From: Candidatus Aenigmatarchaeota archaeon
Lineage (GTDB): Archaea; Aenigmatarchaeota; Aenigmatarchaeia; Aenigmatarchaeales; Aenigmatarchaeaceae
Reading direction: 5' to 3'
NCBI GenBank assembly: GCA_043802485.1
Contig: JAZDKZ010000007.1
Coordinates: 50,457 to 114,456, forward strand
Length of the DNA: 64,000 bases
The position numbers and the translations under genes were made by a program. The notes beneath the pieces were generated by a model that had not been told where the DNA came from, ran no database searches, and was given only the letters and a program-made list of their open reading frames with translations. Positions 48,864 through 59,172 of the stretch are shown here, in pieces. Numbering within the stretch: the stretch's first letter is position 1; each line of letters starts with the position of its first letter.

Positions 48864-50468
48864 ATGGTTGTAATAGAGATAAGCAAAAACGACTTGTTGA
48901 ACCTGGTCGGCAAGGACTTGCCGGACGAGGAGTTAGAAGAATTGTTATTCTTGATAAAGCTGGAGCCCGAGTTCGACGGGGACACCATCAAATGCGAGAT
49001 GCATGCTGACAGGCCGGACATGTTCTCTGTCGAGGGAGTGGCAAGGGAATTGAAAGGTTTCCTCGGCCTTGAGACAGGAATAAAAAAGTACGACATAACT
49101 GATTCCAAAATAGTTGTCAGTCTGAAGGACCCGCAGGTCAGGCCATACATAGCATGCGCTGTTGTCAAGGATATTATACTATCGGATGAACTGGTAAAGA
49201 GCCTCATGCAGATACAGGAGAAGCTGCACGACACCCTGGGCAGGGGAAGGGAGAAGGTAGCCATAGGCGTTCATGATTTCGAGAAGGTTGTTCCGCCGCT
49301 AAAGTACATGGACGTAGAGAACGAGACCTTCATACCGTTGGGCGGAACGCAGGAGATGGACGTGGACCAGATACTGACGCAGCATCCAAAGGGCATAGGC
49401 TATGCTCATCTTGTAGGGAAGATGCGGCCCATGCTTTATGACAAGGAAGGCGTGATAAGCTTCCCGCCGATAATCAACTCGGAAAGGACCAGAGTGACAG
49501 TCGCGACAAGCAGCCTTTTCATAGACGTTACAGGAACCGACGAGAAGGCAGTGAACGAGGCTATGAACATAATGGTCTGCAACATTGTTGAAAGAGGCGG
49601 GAAGATAGAAACGGTCAATATCGGAAGGAAGAGGACACCTGACCTGGCGCCCAGAGATTTTATGGCAGAGGTCGAGAACATTGACAAAGTATTGGGCCTG
49701 GGCCTGTCAGAAAAGGACATTGCAGAAATACTGGAAAGGATGAGATACAGCATCACCAATCAGAGAGGCGGGAAGATGAAGATAGCGATACCTCCCTACA
49801 GGACATCCATACTGCACCTGGTCGACATAATAGAGGACGTTGCCATAGGCTACGGCTACAACAACATCCATCCCATACTTCCAAAATTGCCCTCAATCGG
49901 AAACCAGAGCGTCTTGACAAAGTTGACTTCAAAGACAAGAGACCTGATGATAGGGCTGGGCTTCCAAGAGATACTGAACTTTGTCCTGACCAACAAGGAG
50001 AACAACTTTAACAGGATGCTGACTAACGGCGAAGCTGCGGAGATTGCCAACCCCTTATCTAGCGAGTATACGATATGCAGGACTTGGCTTTCACCCTCGT
50101 TGATCAAGAACCTTTCATCAAACATGCACAGGGAATACCCACAGAGGCTTTTCGAGATAGGCAACTGCGTGCTTCTGGATGAGACGCAGGAAACCAAGGT
50201 AAGGATTGTCAAAAAGCTGTGCGGCGTTGTGTCTCATGATGCCGCCAATCTGACAGAGATGAAGTCTGTAGTTGATTCAATCGTGAATTATCTCGGTTAT
50301 GATTATCAGATAAGAGAATCCCAGCACCCGAGCTTTATTGACTCAAGAGTAGGGGAAATAGTGATGGATGACAAACCAATAGGCTTCTTCGGCGAAATAT
50401 GCCCGCAGGTATTGGAGAACTGGAAGCTGGAAAAGCCTGTGATAGCTTTCGAGATAGAACTAGTCTAA
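48864..50468 (+). CDS. pheT: Phenylalanine-tRNA ligase beta subunit
   Basis: 'DRPDM', 'QEKLH', 'SFPPIINS', 'DIIEDVAIGYGY'. Confidence 0.96.
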   Translation: MVVIEISKNDLLNLVGKDLPDEELEELLFLIKLEPEFDGDTIKCEMHADRPDMFSVEGVARELKGFLGLETGIKKYDITDSKIVVSLKDPQVRPYIACAVVKDIILSDELVKSLMQIQEKLHDTLGRGREKVAIGVHDFEKVVPPLKYMDVENETFIPLGGTQEMDVDQILTQHPKGIGYAHLVGKMRPMLYDKEGVISFPPIINSERTRVTVATSSLFIDVTGTDEKAVNEAMNIMVCNIVERGGKIETVNIGRKRTPDLAPRDFMAEVENIDKVLGLGLSEKDIAEILERMRYSITNQRGGKMKIAIPPYRTSILHLVDIIEDVAIGYGYNNIHPILPKLPSIGNQSVLTKLTSKTRDLMIGLGFQEILNFVLTNKENNFNRMLTNGEAAEIANPLSSEYTICRTWLSPSLIKNLSSNMHREYPQRLFEIGNCVLLDETQETKVRIVKKLCGVVSHDAANLTEMKSVVDSIVNYLGYDYQIRESQHPSFIDSRVGEIVMDDKPIGFFGEICPQVLENWKLEKPVIAFEIELV

Positions 50469-51224
50469 CCAAAAGAAGAGCCTTTCCCACCAAGCCCTTT
50501 TCTCGATCTTTCTCCACGGCTCGCCGATTATCTTAAGGGCTAGCTTCTGGAACTCGACAGACGACTTGCTCTTGGGCTTGTGATGAACTACAGGAATCTT
50601 CCTTGCAATGGATTTCGGAACTGAGATATCCTCCGGGATAAGGGATATTATGGGAACCTCCAGCATAGAGCGTATCTCGTCAATGGACATCTCGTGTTTC
50701 AAGCCGCGCACTCGGTTTACCACAACTCCCATAATTTTCTTGCCGTTCCTCTGGGCAACCCTTATGGTCTTCAAGGCATCAGTAACAGCAGGCAGGTCCG
50801 GATTAGTAACTATCAGCAGTTCGTCCGCAACGTTCATGGCAGCCATTGCCTCCTTTCCCAAGCCGGCGGCAGAATCGACTATTATTATGTCGGTGCTGTT
50901 CAATAGGCCTGACATAGCCTCCTCCATCCTGTCCAGATCAACCCCTTCCAAAGATTCTATGGACAGGGAAGCTGGTATCACCTTCAGGCCAGAATGATGA
51001 TTGTATATAGCAGACTCTATGGGCATGTCGTTCCTAAGGGCGTCATGCAGCGTTACAGGATAGAAAGGTATGCCCAAATGAAGGCTCAGGTTGGGTGTTG
51101 TGAGATTGCCGTCTATTATGACAACGTTCTTACCGTGCTTTGTCAGAGCTGAGCCCAAATTCGACACAACGGTCGTCTTGCCGACGCCGCCCTTGCCGGA
51201 TATGACAGATATTATTTTAGACAT
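50460..51224 (-). CDS. minD: MinD family ATPase
   Basis: 'SGKGGVGKTT', 'DSAAGLG', amphipathic C-terminus 'WWERLFFW'. Confidence 0.92.
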   Translation of the reverse strand: MSKIISVISGKGGVGKTTVVSNLGSALTKHGKNVVIIDGNLTTPNLSLHLGIPFYPVTLHDALRNDMPIESAIYNHHSGLKVIPASLSIESLEGVDLDRMEEAMSGLLNSTDIIIVDSAAGLGKEAMAAMNVADELLIVTNPDLPAVTDALKTIRVAQRNGKKIMGVVVNRVRGLKHEMSIDEIRSMLEVPIISLIPEDISVPKSIARKIPVVHHKPKSKSSVEFQKLALKIIGEPWRKIEKRAWWERLFFWLD

Positions 51225-51295
51225 GTTATAGAGTTTATTTTGATTATTGCAGATAAAAAGTTTGCTATTTAAGATTTTGAAAACAATTAATTATT

Positions 51296-51484
51296 ATGGC
51301 ACTAGGAGACATATTGGGTTTGTTCTTACTTTCGCAGGAGGCGAGGCAGCTATCGTCTGCTTTCGGAGTGATGAGCATAATCTTCGGGCTGGTGATTCTA
51401 TGGAAGCCGAACATCATATCATACCTGATAGCATTGTATCTGATACTGACAGGTCTGATGGCAATCGCTGGCGGTATGATATAG
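51296..51484 (+). CDS. Small membrane protein (DUF3096-like)
   Basis: 'SIIFGLVILWKPNIISYLIALYLILTG'. Confidence 0.65.
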   Translation: MALGDILGLFLLSQEARQLSSAFGVMSIIFGLVILWKPNIISYLIALYLILTGLMAIAGGMI

Positions 51485-51492
51485 AAATAAAA

Positions 51493-51600
51493 CGCTTCCG
51501 ACGGGATTTGAACCCGCGACCCCTTGATTTCTTCATCTTGAATCAGATCTTCTAAGTTATTTAGAAGTCAAGTGCTCTATCCAAACTGAGCTACGGAAGC
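51493..51600 (-). tRNA. tRNA-Arg(TCT) with 33-nt canonical intron (51529-51561)
   Basis: Acceptor GCTTCCG/CGGAAGC; stem CTTGA/TCAAG; BHB CTTC/GAAG. Confidence 0.92.
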
Positions 51601-51657
51601 ATATTGATTTAATTTATTTATACAATTTAAATATATACTGATTAGAAAGGTTGAAAT

Positions 51658-54252
51658 ATGGCAGACATAGAGGAAAAGTGGCAGAAAAGGTGGCAGGAAG
51701 CCAAGCTCTTCGAGGCAAAGGAAGGCAAGGAGAAGAAGTACTATGTTCTCGAGATGTTCCCATATCCTTCAGGAATTACAGGGCATATGGGGCATGTGAG
51801 GAACTATATGATAGGGGACAGCTTCACCAGGTTCATGAGGATGATGGGCTACAACGTCCTTTACCCGATGGGTTGGGACGCGTTCGGTCTTCCGACAGAG
51901 AACGCCGCCATAAAGAAAGGCGTGCATCCTGTAGAGAGCATGGCAGAAAACATAAAAAACTTTAAAGAGCAGCTGAACCAGCTGTCGATAAGCTACGACT
52001 GGTCAAGGGAATTGACTACATGCGATCCTGAATATTACAAGTGGAACCAGTGGCTATTCCTGAAGCTCTTGGAAAAGGGATTGACCTACAAGAGCTTTGC
52101 TTTGGGCAACTGGTGCCCGGCCTGCAAGACTGTCTTAGCTAATGAAGATGTCAAGGAAGGCAGATGCGACAGGTGCGAAACAGAGGTCACGCAGAAAGAG
52201 ATCAACCAGTGGTTCTTCAAGATTACGGATTATGCTGACAGGCTTTTGGATGACCTAGACAAGATTGACTGGTCAGAAAGGTTGAAGGCTATACAGAGAA
52301 ACTGGATAGGCAAGAGCCATGGCATCAATTATATTTTCAAAATTAAAGACAGCGAAAAGGAGATAAAGACCTTTACCACCAGACCCGACACTTTTTTCGG
52401 CATAACCTTCATGGTAATCGCCCCTGAACATCCGATGGTCAACGAATTGATGGAAGAGGCTGAAAACAGAAAGGAAATCAAAAAGTTCGTGAAAGAGGCA
52501 AAGAAGCTTTCAGAATTGGAAAGAACCATACTCACAAAGGAGAAGAAGGGTATTTTCACAGGCAAGTATGTCATCAATCCTGTGACAAAAAAAGAGATAC
52601 CCATATGGCTTGCAAACTATGTTGTAGGAACCTACGGGACAGGGGTTGTGATAGGCGTTCCCACCCAGGACCAGAGAGACTTTGAGTTCGCCAAAAAATA
52701 TGGCATACCCTTGAAGCTTGTGATAAATCCTCCGGGCAAGGAGCTGAAGGAAAAAGAAATGCAGGAAGCTTACACAGAAGAGGGTGTCATGATAAACTCA
52801 GACAAGTTCGACGGCATGAAAAGTTCTGAAGCCATGAAAGCGATAGCCGACTTTCTGGTTGAGAAGGGCCATGCAGAAAGGACTATCAACTATAAGATAA
52901 GGGACTGGTGCATATCAAGGCAGAGATATTGGGGAACGCCGATACCGGTTGTATATTGTGATAAATGCGGAATCGTTCCTGTCCCTGAAAAGGACCTGCC
53001 TGTGGAGCTTCCCCTGGATGTGGAGTTCGGCAAGGAGGGCGCCCCACCGCTGGCAACGAATGAAGGTTTTGTGAACACCAAGTGCCCCAAGTGCGGTGGA
53101 CCTGGCAAAAGGGAGACCGACACAATGACCACTTTCGTTGATTCTTCTTGGTACTATCTGCGCTATACTTCTCCTAAATATGACAAGGCTATGTTTGACA
53201 AGGAAAAAGTTAACTACTGGATGCCTGTTGACCAGTACATCGGAGGGTCCGAGCATGCTGTAGGCCATCTGATGTATTCTAGGTTCATAACAAAGTTCCT
53301 GAAGGACATTGGCTATCTTAACTTTGACGAGCCTTTCATGAAGCTGATGAACCAGGGAATGGTCAACAAGAACGGAGTGAAGATGAGCAAGTCAAAGGGC
53401 AACGTTGTCGACCCAAGGGACGTTATCAAGGAGCACGGCGTTGACACTCTGAGAACGTACATGCTTTTCATGGCCCATCCGACAAAGGAAGTGGAATGGT
53501 CTGACAAGGAAATTGGAGGGGTCGGCAAGTTCCTGGAAAGGGTGATAAGGATGAGAGCGTCTATGAAAAAGGAAAAGAACAAATACATAGAAAGCGTGAC
53601 CCAGAGAAAAATAGAGTCTGTGACAAATTCGATAAAGAAGCTTGAGCCTAATGTCGCCATCATAGAACTGATGGACTTTGCCAACAAGCTTTCAAAGCAT
53701 CCTTCTTTGGAGTGTTATAAGATATTTTTGAAGATGCTCACGCCTTTTGCGCCTCATACCACAGAGGAGATATGGGAAAAACTCGAAGAAAAGGAAATGA
53801 TATCTGTGCAAAAATGGCCAGAGCCTGACGAGTCCAAGATAAATCTGAAAGAGGAAGCAGGCGAGGAACTTATAAGCCAGATTATAAAAGACGTGGGGGA
53901 GATTCAGAAACTATCCAAAATAGCTTCCCCGAAGAAAATAACTATATTTGTCTCGCCTTCCTGGAAAAGCGATGTCTATGACAATGTGCTTCAGGAAAAG
54001 GACCTGAAAGAATTCATCAAGGATTTCAAGGGCAAGGAGAAGGAAGTTGCTGACTATTACAAAAAGCTGGTAAAGAAAAGACCTACAGAAGAAAAGTTCC
54101 TGAAAGGACATGAGATAAAGCATCTGGAAAATAACAGGGATATTCTGGAAAAAGAATTCGGCTGCGAGATAGAGATTGTTCCAGCAGAGAAAGAAAAGCA
54201 TCCCAAGGCGAAGATAGCAGAACCTGAGAAACCCGGTTTATTGGTTGACTAA
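51658..54252 (+). CDS. leuS: Leucine-tRNA ligase, bacterial-type core
   Basis: 'MFPYPSG..HMGH', 'GWDAFGLP.ENAA', 'DWCISRQRYWGTPIP', 'RETDTM..F..SSWY', 'KMSKS'. Confidence 0.96.
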   Translation: MADIEEKWQKRWQEAKLFEAKEGKEKKYYVLEMFPYPSGITGHMGHVRNYMIGDSFTRFMRMMGYNVLYPMGWDAFGLPTENAAIKKGVHPVESMAENIKNFKEQLNQLSISYDWSRELTTCDPEYYKWNQWLFLKLLEKGLTYKSFALGNWCPACKTVLANEDVKEGRCDRCETEVTQKEINQWFFKITDYADRLLDDLDKIDWSERLKAIQRNWIGKSHGINYIFKIKDSEKEIKTFTTRPDTFFGITFMVIAPEHPMVNELMEEAENRKEIKKFVKEAKKLSELERTILTKEKKGIFTGKYVINPVTKKEIPIWLANYVVGTYGTGVVIGVPTQDQRDFEFAKKYGIPLKLVINPPGKELKEKEMQEAYTEEGVMINSDKFDGMKSSEAMKAIADFLVEKGHAERTINYKIRDWCISRQRYWGTPIPVVYCDKCGIVPVPEKDLPVELPLDVEFGKEGAPPLATNEGFVNTKCPKCGGPGKRETDTMTTFVDSSWYYLRYTSPKYDKAMFDKEKVNYWMPVDQYIGGSEHAVGHLMYSRFITKFLKDIGYLNFDEPFMKLMNQGMVNKNGVKMSKSKGNVVDPRDVIKEHGVDTLRTYMLFMAHPTKEVEWSDKEIGGVGKFLERVIRMRASMKKEKNKYIESVTQRKIESVTNSIKKLEPNVAIIELMDFANKLSKHPSLECYKIFLKMLTPFAPHTTEEIWEKLEEKEMISVQKWPEPDESKINLKEEAGEELISQIIKDVGEIQKLSKIASPKKITIFVSPSWKSDVYDNVLQEKDLKEFIKDFKGKEKEVADYYKKLVKKRPTEEKFLKGHEIKHLENNRDILEKEFGCEIEIVPAEKEKHPKAKIAEPEKPGLLVD

Positions 54253-54615
54253 TCTTCTATAGTCATTGAAAACTTTTTCTACAGTTCTTTTCGTGACATA
54301 GGGTCTGTGGTTCCTAAAGCCGCCGCCGAAGCATTTGGGTATGTGCATCAACTCATGTATTATTGTCTTGGTCTTCTCGTCATTGTCCAGCTTGTCAAAG
54401 TTCTCGGAGATGAACTCGATGGCATAGAAAGCCTTGGTCTGCATGGCCTTTTGCATTATCTTTGAAAGGCCCTGTATCCTGGCAAGTATCCTCTTGCTCT
54501 TCGATCCCCTGCTCCTTATGCACACGACCCTGTCGGCCCTGACGTGGCACATTTCCAATCTTTCGACAACGTCGTCCATTATTTCCTGTATGTCATCGGC
54601 TATCTCGTACTTCAT
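54238..54615 (-). CDS. Putative metallopeptidase
   Basis: 'IIHELMHIP..FGGG'. Confidence 0.8.
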   Translation of the reverse strand: MKYEIADDIQEIMDDVVERLEMCHVRADRVVCIRSRGSKSKRILARIQGLSKIMQKAMQTKAFYAIEFISENFDKLDNDEKTKTIIHELMHIPKCFGGGFRNHRPYVTKRTVEKVFNDYRRLVNQ

Positions 54616-54700
54616 AATTATCTATGATTGCCCGGATTATTAATTGCTTTCACCTTGCGTGGTGAGATAGAACAATAAGCATTGTTGGACATTTCATTTT

Positions 54701-55135
54701 ATGAACAAATCAGTCAAGGTGTTCTTCATAATTCTCGCCATAGCCTTTGTTACCACCAATTATATGGAGCAATATAAGGAGCAGCGCGTCACCGACATCA
54801 TAGACGGGGACACGATAAAGATCGGCTACAACTCGATAAGGCTCATAGGCATCGATGCTCCTGAAACGAATGAACAATGCTACGAAGAAGCGAAGGAAAT
54901 GTTGGAAGATTTGGTGAAGCATGAACTTGTAAGGCTTGAGAAAGATACCAAAGACAAAGACGATTACGGAAGATTGTTGAGGTATGTCTATGTTAACGAC
55001 ATACTTGTCAATAAAGAGATGGTTAGATTGGGTTTGGCAAAGTTCAATGAGATGCAACCTAACACAAAATATTCTGAAATTATTTTGGAAGCTGAGAACA
55101 ACGCGAAGAATGCTGGAAGATGTTTGTGGGAATAA
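54701..55135 (+). CDS. Thermonuclease (SNase) family protein, membrane-anchored
   Basis: 'IDGDTI', 'IRLIGIDAPE', 'DDYGRLLRYVY'. Confidence 0.92.
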   Translation: MNKSVKVFFIILAIAFVTTNYMEQYKEQRVTDIIDGDTIKIGYNSIRLIGIDAPETNEQCYEEAKEMLEDLVKHELVRLEKDTKDKDDYGRLLRYVYVNDILVNKEMVRLGLAKFNEMQPNTKYSEIILEAENNAKNAGRCLWE

Positions 55136-55143
55136 TTAATCCA

Positions 55144-55422
55144 TCATTCATCTTCTTCATTCTTGCCCCAAAAATCATCGGCTTCCTTTTCCATTTTATA
55201 AAGCCTAGTATAATAGTCAGGGAACTCGTTCAGGTGCGCAAGAGCAATCTTGCCTGTCATCAAAGAATCGTCGTCTGTCACATTGGTGTTAGAATCAACC
55301 AACCCATGCTCCAATTCGACATCCATGCCCATTCTTAATTGCTCGACATCGAACTTGGTCCAGTCAATGCCCAGCATCTCTCCGATTTTTTTGGCCTCTT
55401 CAGCAGTAAATTTTTCTCTCAT
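55144..55422 (-). CDS. DUF5661-like protein
   Basis: 'GMDVELEHG...KIALAHLNEFPDYYTRL'. Confidence 0.8.
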   Translation of the reverse strand: MREKFTAEEAKKIGEMLGIDWTKFDVEQLRMGMDVELEHGLVDSNTNVTDDDSLMTGKIALAHLNEFPDYYTRLYKMEKEADDFWGKNEEDE

Positions 55423-55444
55423 ACTAGAAATATGGAAGCAGAAC

Positions 55445-56197
55445 TTAAATAGCGTGCGCCTTGTTCCAGAATTCCTCGAACTTGTCCTTGTAATCTGTCT
55501 TGCAGTTCAGGAACCATATGCCCTTCTCGTTCTCGTCCATGGTCATGCCGTGCTTCTCATCAACAACTATCAGGTAAGGCAGAGCCCTTCCCAACCGCAT
55601 CTCTATGTTTATCTTCCTAAGCTTCTCTATCATGGGCGGGAACATCTCCGACGCTATCACTCGTATCTTGACTCCCCTTTCCACAGCACGCTTGATCGCC
55701 TCTAGCAGAACAATGTCTTCAAAGAACTTTTTGGTGGTAATCAGTATCTCATTAGTGGCAACATCAAAAAGAAAAGCAGCCCTTCTTTCAAACCCTTCAT
55801 CATACTGCTCGTAGGCCTTCTCTCCCTGCCATATGATCTTGCCCCTGATGTCAATGAATTCGTCATAGGTTTTTTCTATCTTTGAAAACAACTCTCTTAA
55901 TCTTATGTAATCCTTTGAAACATAGCTCATTATCCTTGGGAAAGGGTTTGTTGACATTGTCAGCCAGAAGACCTTGTTCTTGTCCTGACCGGATTCGACC
56001 AGCCCCTTTTTTTCCAGAGAATAAAGGTACTTGTAGGCGTTGGTTACAGACATGCCTGCCTCGATTGCTATGGTGTTGGCAGTGGCCTTTACCAACTCCC
56101 TGTTGGCAAGCTTCAGCATGGATCGAACAATCCTTATCTCCAGATCATCGAATTGCTTGCTGTCTTTGAGCATGGAACAGAACTCGTTTGTTTCCAT
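55445..56197 (-). CDS. TrmB family transcriptional regulator
   Basis: N-terminal wHTH 'AYKYLYSLEKKGLV'; C-terminal PLD-like sensor 'AVERGVKIRVI'. Confidence 0.82.
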   Translation of the reverse strand: METNEFCSMLKDSKQFDDLEIRIVRSMLKLANRELVKATANTIAIEAGMSVTNAYKYLYSLEKKGLVESGQDKNKVFWLTMSTNPFPRIMSYVSKDYIRLRELFSKIEKTYDEFIDIRGKIIWQGEKAYEQYDEGFERRAAFLFDVATNEILITTKKFFEDIVLLEAIKRAVERGVKIRVIASEMFPPMIEKLRKINIEMRLGRALPYLIVVDEKHGMTMDENEKGIWFLNCKTDYKDKFEEFWNKAHAI

Positions 56198-56248
56198 GTT
56201 TTATAATTGAGGTTATAAATATATAAATAACTTCTTGCAATTAATGGC

Positions 56249-56875
56249 ATGAAAGACAATGATTTCGCAATAGTAAGCTATTCTGCAAAGGTTAAGGAAA
56301 CCAACCAACAGGTAGACAAAGCTGACAAGGTGCCTATGATAGTGAAGACAGGTTACCTGTTAAAGGGACTGGAAGAGCCTTTGAAAGCCATGAATGTCGG
56401 TGACAAGAAGACAGTCGAGATAGCCCCTGAGAACGCGTTCGGCAAGAGGGACTTTAATCTTATCAAGCTGATTTCTATAGCAGAGTTCAGAAAGCACGAC
56501 ACCAAGCCCACGCCCGGCATGTTCGTCGAGGCTGACAGGATGAGGGGCAAGGTGCTCTCTGTCTCTGGAGGAAGGGTAAAGGTGGACTTTAACCATCCGT
56601 TGGCAGGCAAGACCATAGTATACGATTTGGAAATAAACGAGAAGCTTGAGAAAAGCGAGGATAAGATGATGGCGCTGTTCCAGATGTACACACAGATTGA
56701 CAGAAGCAAGATGAGCGTTGTCATCAATGACAAGCAGGTGGACATCGACGTGCCGCCCATGGTCAACCCGATAGTCAAGAAAAGGATATCAAACGACATA
56801 ATCGACCTTCTGGGCTTTGATAAGGTGAGATACATCGAGACATACGAGAAGCCTAAAGAAACGAAACAGGCCTGA
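56249..56875 (+). CDS. FKBP-type peptidyl-prolyl isomerase (long archaeal SlyD-like)
   Basis: 'IAPENAFGKR', 'GGRVKVDFNHPLAGK'. Confidence 0.92.
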   Translation: MKDNDFAIVSYSAKVKETNQQVDKADKVPMIVKTGYLLKGLEEPLKAMNVGDKKTVEIAPENAFGKRDFNLIKLISIAEFRKHDTKPTPGMFVEADRMRGKVLSVSGGRVKVDFNHPLAGKTIVYDLEINEKLEKSEDKMMALFQMYTQIDRSKMSVVINDKQVDIDVPPMVNPIVKKRISNDIIDLLGFDKVRYIETYEKPKETKQA

Positions 56876-56877
56876 TT

Positions 56878-57234
56878 CTAAGCTTTAACCCAATGGTTTT
56901 CTTTTACTTTTTTCATTTCTATTGGTAAAGCATTTTTACTGACCGTTTTATAGTGTTCGCAGATTTTTCTGCACACATTGTCATCTATTTCTTCACCAGA
57001 AACGTTCCCAAGGCTTTTAATCACATCGCTATAAGGACAGACCGCACCTTCTCCACCTGTCAACAAAAAATCATATTGCGTATTAATAGCCTGTATCAGG
57101 CCTTGACCTTTCTTAGTTCTCAATAACTCGGAGATAGCGGTATTATATTCAAGAGGAGGATATGGGCAATAGATAATTTTTTTTTCTTCCTTCCTTATCA
57201 CTCTCTTCAGTTCAAGTTCTTCTATTAAAGGCAT
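56878..57234 (-). CDS. Hypothetical protein (AT-rich, Cys-containing)
   Basis: 118-aa ORF between conserved genes. Confidence 0.5.
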   Translation of the reverse strand: MPLIEELELKRVIRKEEKKIIYCPYPPLEYNTAISELLRTKKGQGLIQAINTQYDFLLTGGEGAVCPYSDVIKSLGNVSGEEIDDNVCRKICEHYKTVSKNALPIEMKKVKENHWVKA

Positions 57235-57338
57235 AGAACAAGTTGCACCGAAAGCTATTTAAATTATATTTTGGGTTATAACAGCATCAATCAATTATAA
57301 AAATTTAACATGCCAATCATATTACAAGGGTTTTACTA

Positions 57339-58418
57339 ATGGCTTTTAGGAACATCAACGGAAGGGAAAAGATTTCTGATACTGACGAGGACTTGAGGAA
57401 ATTATTGGAGACTAGAAAGGCTGTCATCAAGGTTGTTGGAGTGGGCGGAGCAGGGAACAACACGCTTTCCAGGATGATGCAGGTCGGAATCGTCGGAGCA
57501 GAGATAATAGCAGCCAACACTGATGCCCAGGATTTGCTTTATACTGATGCTGATGAAAAGATTCTTCTCGGCAAGGATTTGACAAGAGGCCTTGGAGCAG
57601 GAGCCGACCCCAAAGTTGGGGGCGAGGCTGCAAGGGAGAGCAGGGAAATGATCAAAGAGTCCTTGCAAGGAGCTGACATGGCGTTCATCACATGCGGCCT
57701 TGGCGGCGGAACCGGAACAGGCGCATCACCTGTCATTGCAGAGATTGCCAAGAAATTAGGCTTACTGACCGTGGGCGTTGTCACGCTTCCATTCACGATG
57801 GAAGGTAAATGCAGGATGGAGAACGCGAGATTCGGCTTGGAAGAGCTGGAGAAGAATGTTGATACTTTAATTGTTATACCCAATGACAAATTGTTGGAAG
57901 TTGTTCCTGATGTTTCTATCATTACTGCCTTTAAAATCTGCGACGAGATTCTGGTGAACGCTGTGAAAGGCGTGACAGAGCTGGTGACAAAGCCTGGTTT
58001 AGTAAACCTGGACTTTGCAGACATAAAGGCTGTGATGTCAACCGGCGGCCTGGCCATGATCGGTCTGGGCGAATCAAACACAGAGAACAGGGCGGTCGAG
58101 GCAGTTGAGAAAGCCCTTAACAATCCATTGTTGGACGTGGACATAGAGGGAGCATGCGGAGCTTTGGTCAATGTGTCTGGCGGAACCGATGTTACGATAA
58201 GAGAGTGCCAGGAGATTGTCGAGGCCATATCATCAAAGATATCCAACGATGCCAAGATCATCTGGGGAGCTCAGATAGAAAAGGAATTGGGTGACATGGT
58301 CAGAACCCTGATAATCGTGACAGGCGTGAAGCCGAACCAAATATACGGGACAGGTGATTTCTTCTCGTCAGAAAAGCAGCAGCAAATAGAAAAGATACTG
58401 GGCATAGAGTTCCTGTAA
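57339..58418 (+). CDS. ftsZ: Cell division protein FtsZ
   Basis: 'GVGGAGNN', 'GGGTGTG', 'NLDFAD'. Confidence 0.98.
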   Translation: MAFRNINGREKISDTDEDLRKLLETRKAVIKVVGVGGAGNNTLSRMMQVGIVGAEIIAANTDAQDLLYTDADEKILLGKDLTRGLGAGADPKVGGEAARESREMIKESLQGADMAFITCGLGGGTGTGASPVIAEIAKKLGLLTVGVVTLPFTMEGKCRMENARFGLEELEKNVDTLIVIPNDKLLEVVPDVSIITAFKICDEILVNAVKGVTELVTKPGLVNLDFADIKAVMSTGGLAMIGLGESNTENRAVEAVEKALNNPLLDVDIEGACGALVNVSGGTDVTIRECQEIVEAISSKISNDAKIIWGAQIEKELGDMVRTLIIVTGVKPNQIYGTGDFFSSEKQQQIEKILGIEFL

Positions 58419-58468
58419 AAACAAAAGCATTTAAATAATGTTCTTTACATAGTTTTATTCTAGGTGCT

Positions 58469-58723
58469 TTGATGGAAAATTCTGAACAGCAAAAAACTGA
58501 AGAAAAGCCTAAACATGAAAAGGTCCGCAAGCCAAAGGGGCCTGGCATAGGCTCAAGGATAAAGGGCAAGATAGCCAGCTACAAGAGGGTAATTGACATC
58601 GCGAGAAAACCTGAGAAGGACGAATTCATCAGCTCGGCAAAGATAACCGGTGCTGGCATAATTTTGCTGGGTTCGATAGGCTTTTTAATATTCCTACTAT
58701 ATTTCTTAGTTAGGGCTTTGTGA
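58469..58723 (+). CDS. secE: SecE/Sec61-gamma
   Basis: 'YKRV...ARKP..DEF...KITGAGIILLG.IGF'; ftsZ-secE-spt5 synteny. Confidence 0.92.
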   Translation: MMENSEQQKTEEKPKHEKVRKPKGPGIGSRIKGKIASYKRVIDIARKPEKDEFISSAKITGAGIILLGSIGFLIFLLYFLVRAL

Positions 58724-59172
58724 TAATGATGATTTATACTGTAAGAACAACGGTCGGAAGGGAGAACGCTGTCATCGAGACGCTTGTCAGCAAGACAAGA
58801 AGCAGCTCTCTCAACATAAAGACCGTGTTCCATCCAGGGGAGCTGAAGGGCTATGTTTTCGTGGAAGGGGACGAGGAAGCCATAGACGAAGTGGTGAAAG
58901 CAGTGCCCCATGTGAAGGGCATAATCAAAAAGGAAGTAAAGATAGACGACATTAAAAAGTTCCTGGAGACAAAGAAGTTAGAGATAAAGATCAACAGAGG
59001 GGACGTCATCGAGGTCACAAGCGGTCCTTTCAAGAACGAAAAGGGCAAGGTGACCAGGGTCGACGAGGCAAAGGAAGAGGTTACGATAGAGCTTTTGGAA
59101 GCCGCCATACCCATACCTATTACCGTTCCTATCGAGTCTGTCAGGGTGACAGAAGCCATAGAAAAGGCATGA
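58720..59172 (+). CDS. spt5: Transcription elongation factor Spt5 (NusG)
   Basis: 'LKGYVFVE', KOW 'GDVIEVTSGPFK'. Confidence 0.95.
   Translation: MIMMIYTVRTTVGRENAVIETLVSKTRSSSLNIKTVFHPGELKGYVFVEGDEEAIDEVVKAVPHVKGIIKKEVKIDDIKKFLETKKLEIKINRGDVIEVTSGPFKNEKGKVTRVDEAKEEVTIELLEAAIPIPITVPIESVRVTEAIEKA

Noticed and set aside
51529-51567. Possible nested or tandem introns in tRNA-Arg (second GAAG, hairpin CTTCTAA/TTAGAAG)
   Set aside because: A single canonical BHB is sufficient; the alternative hairpin has no bulge to cleave.
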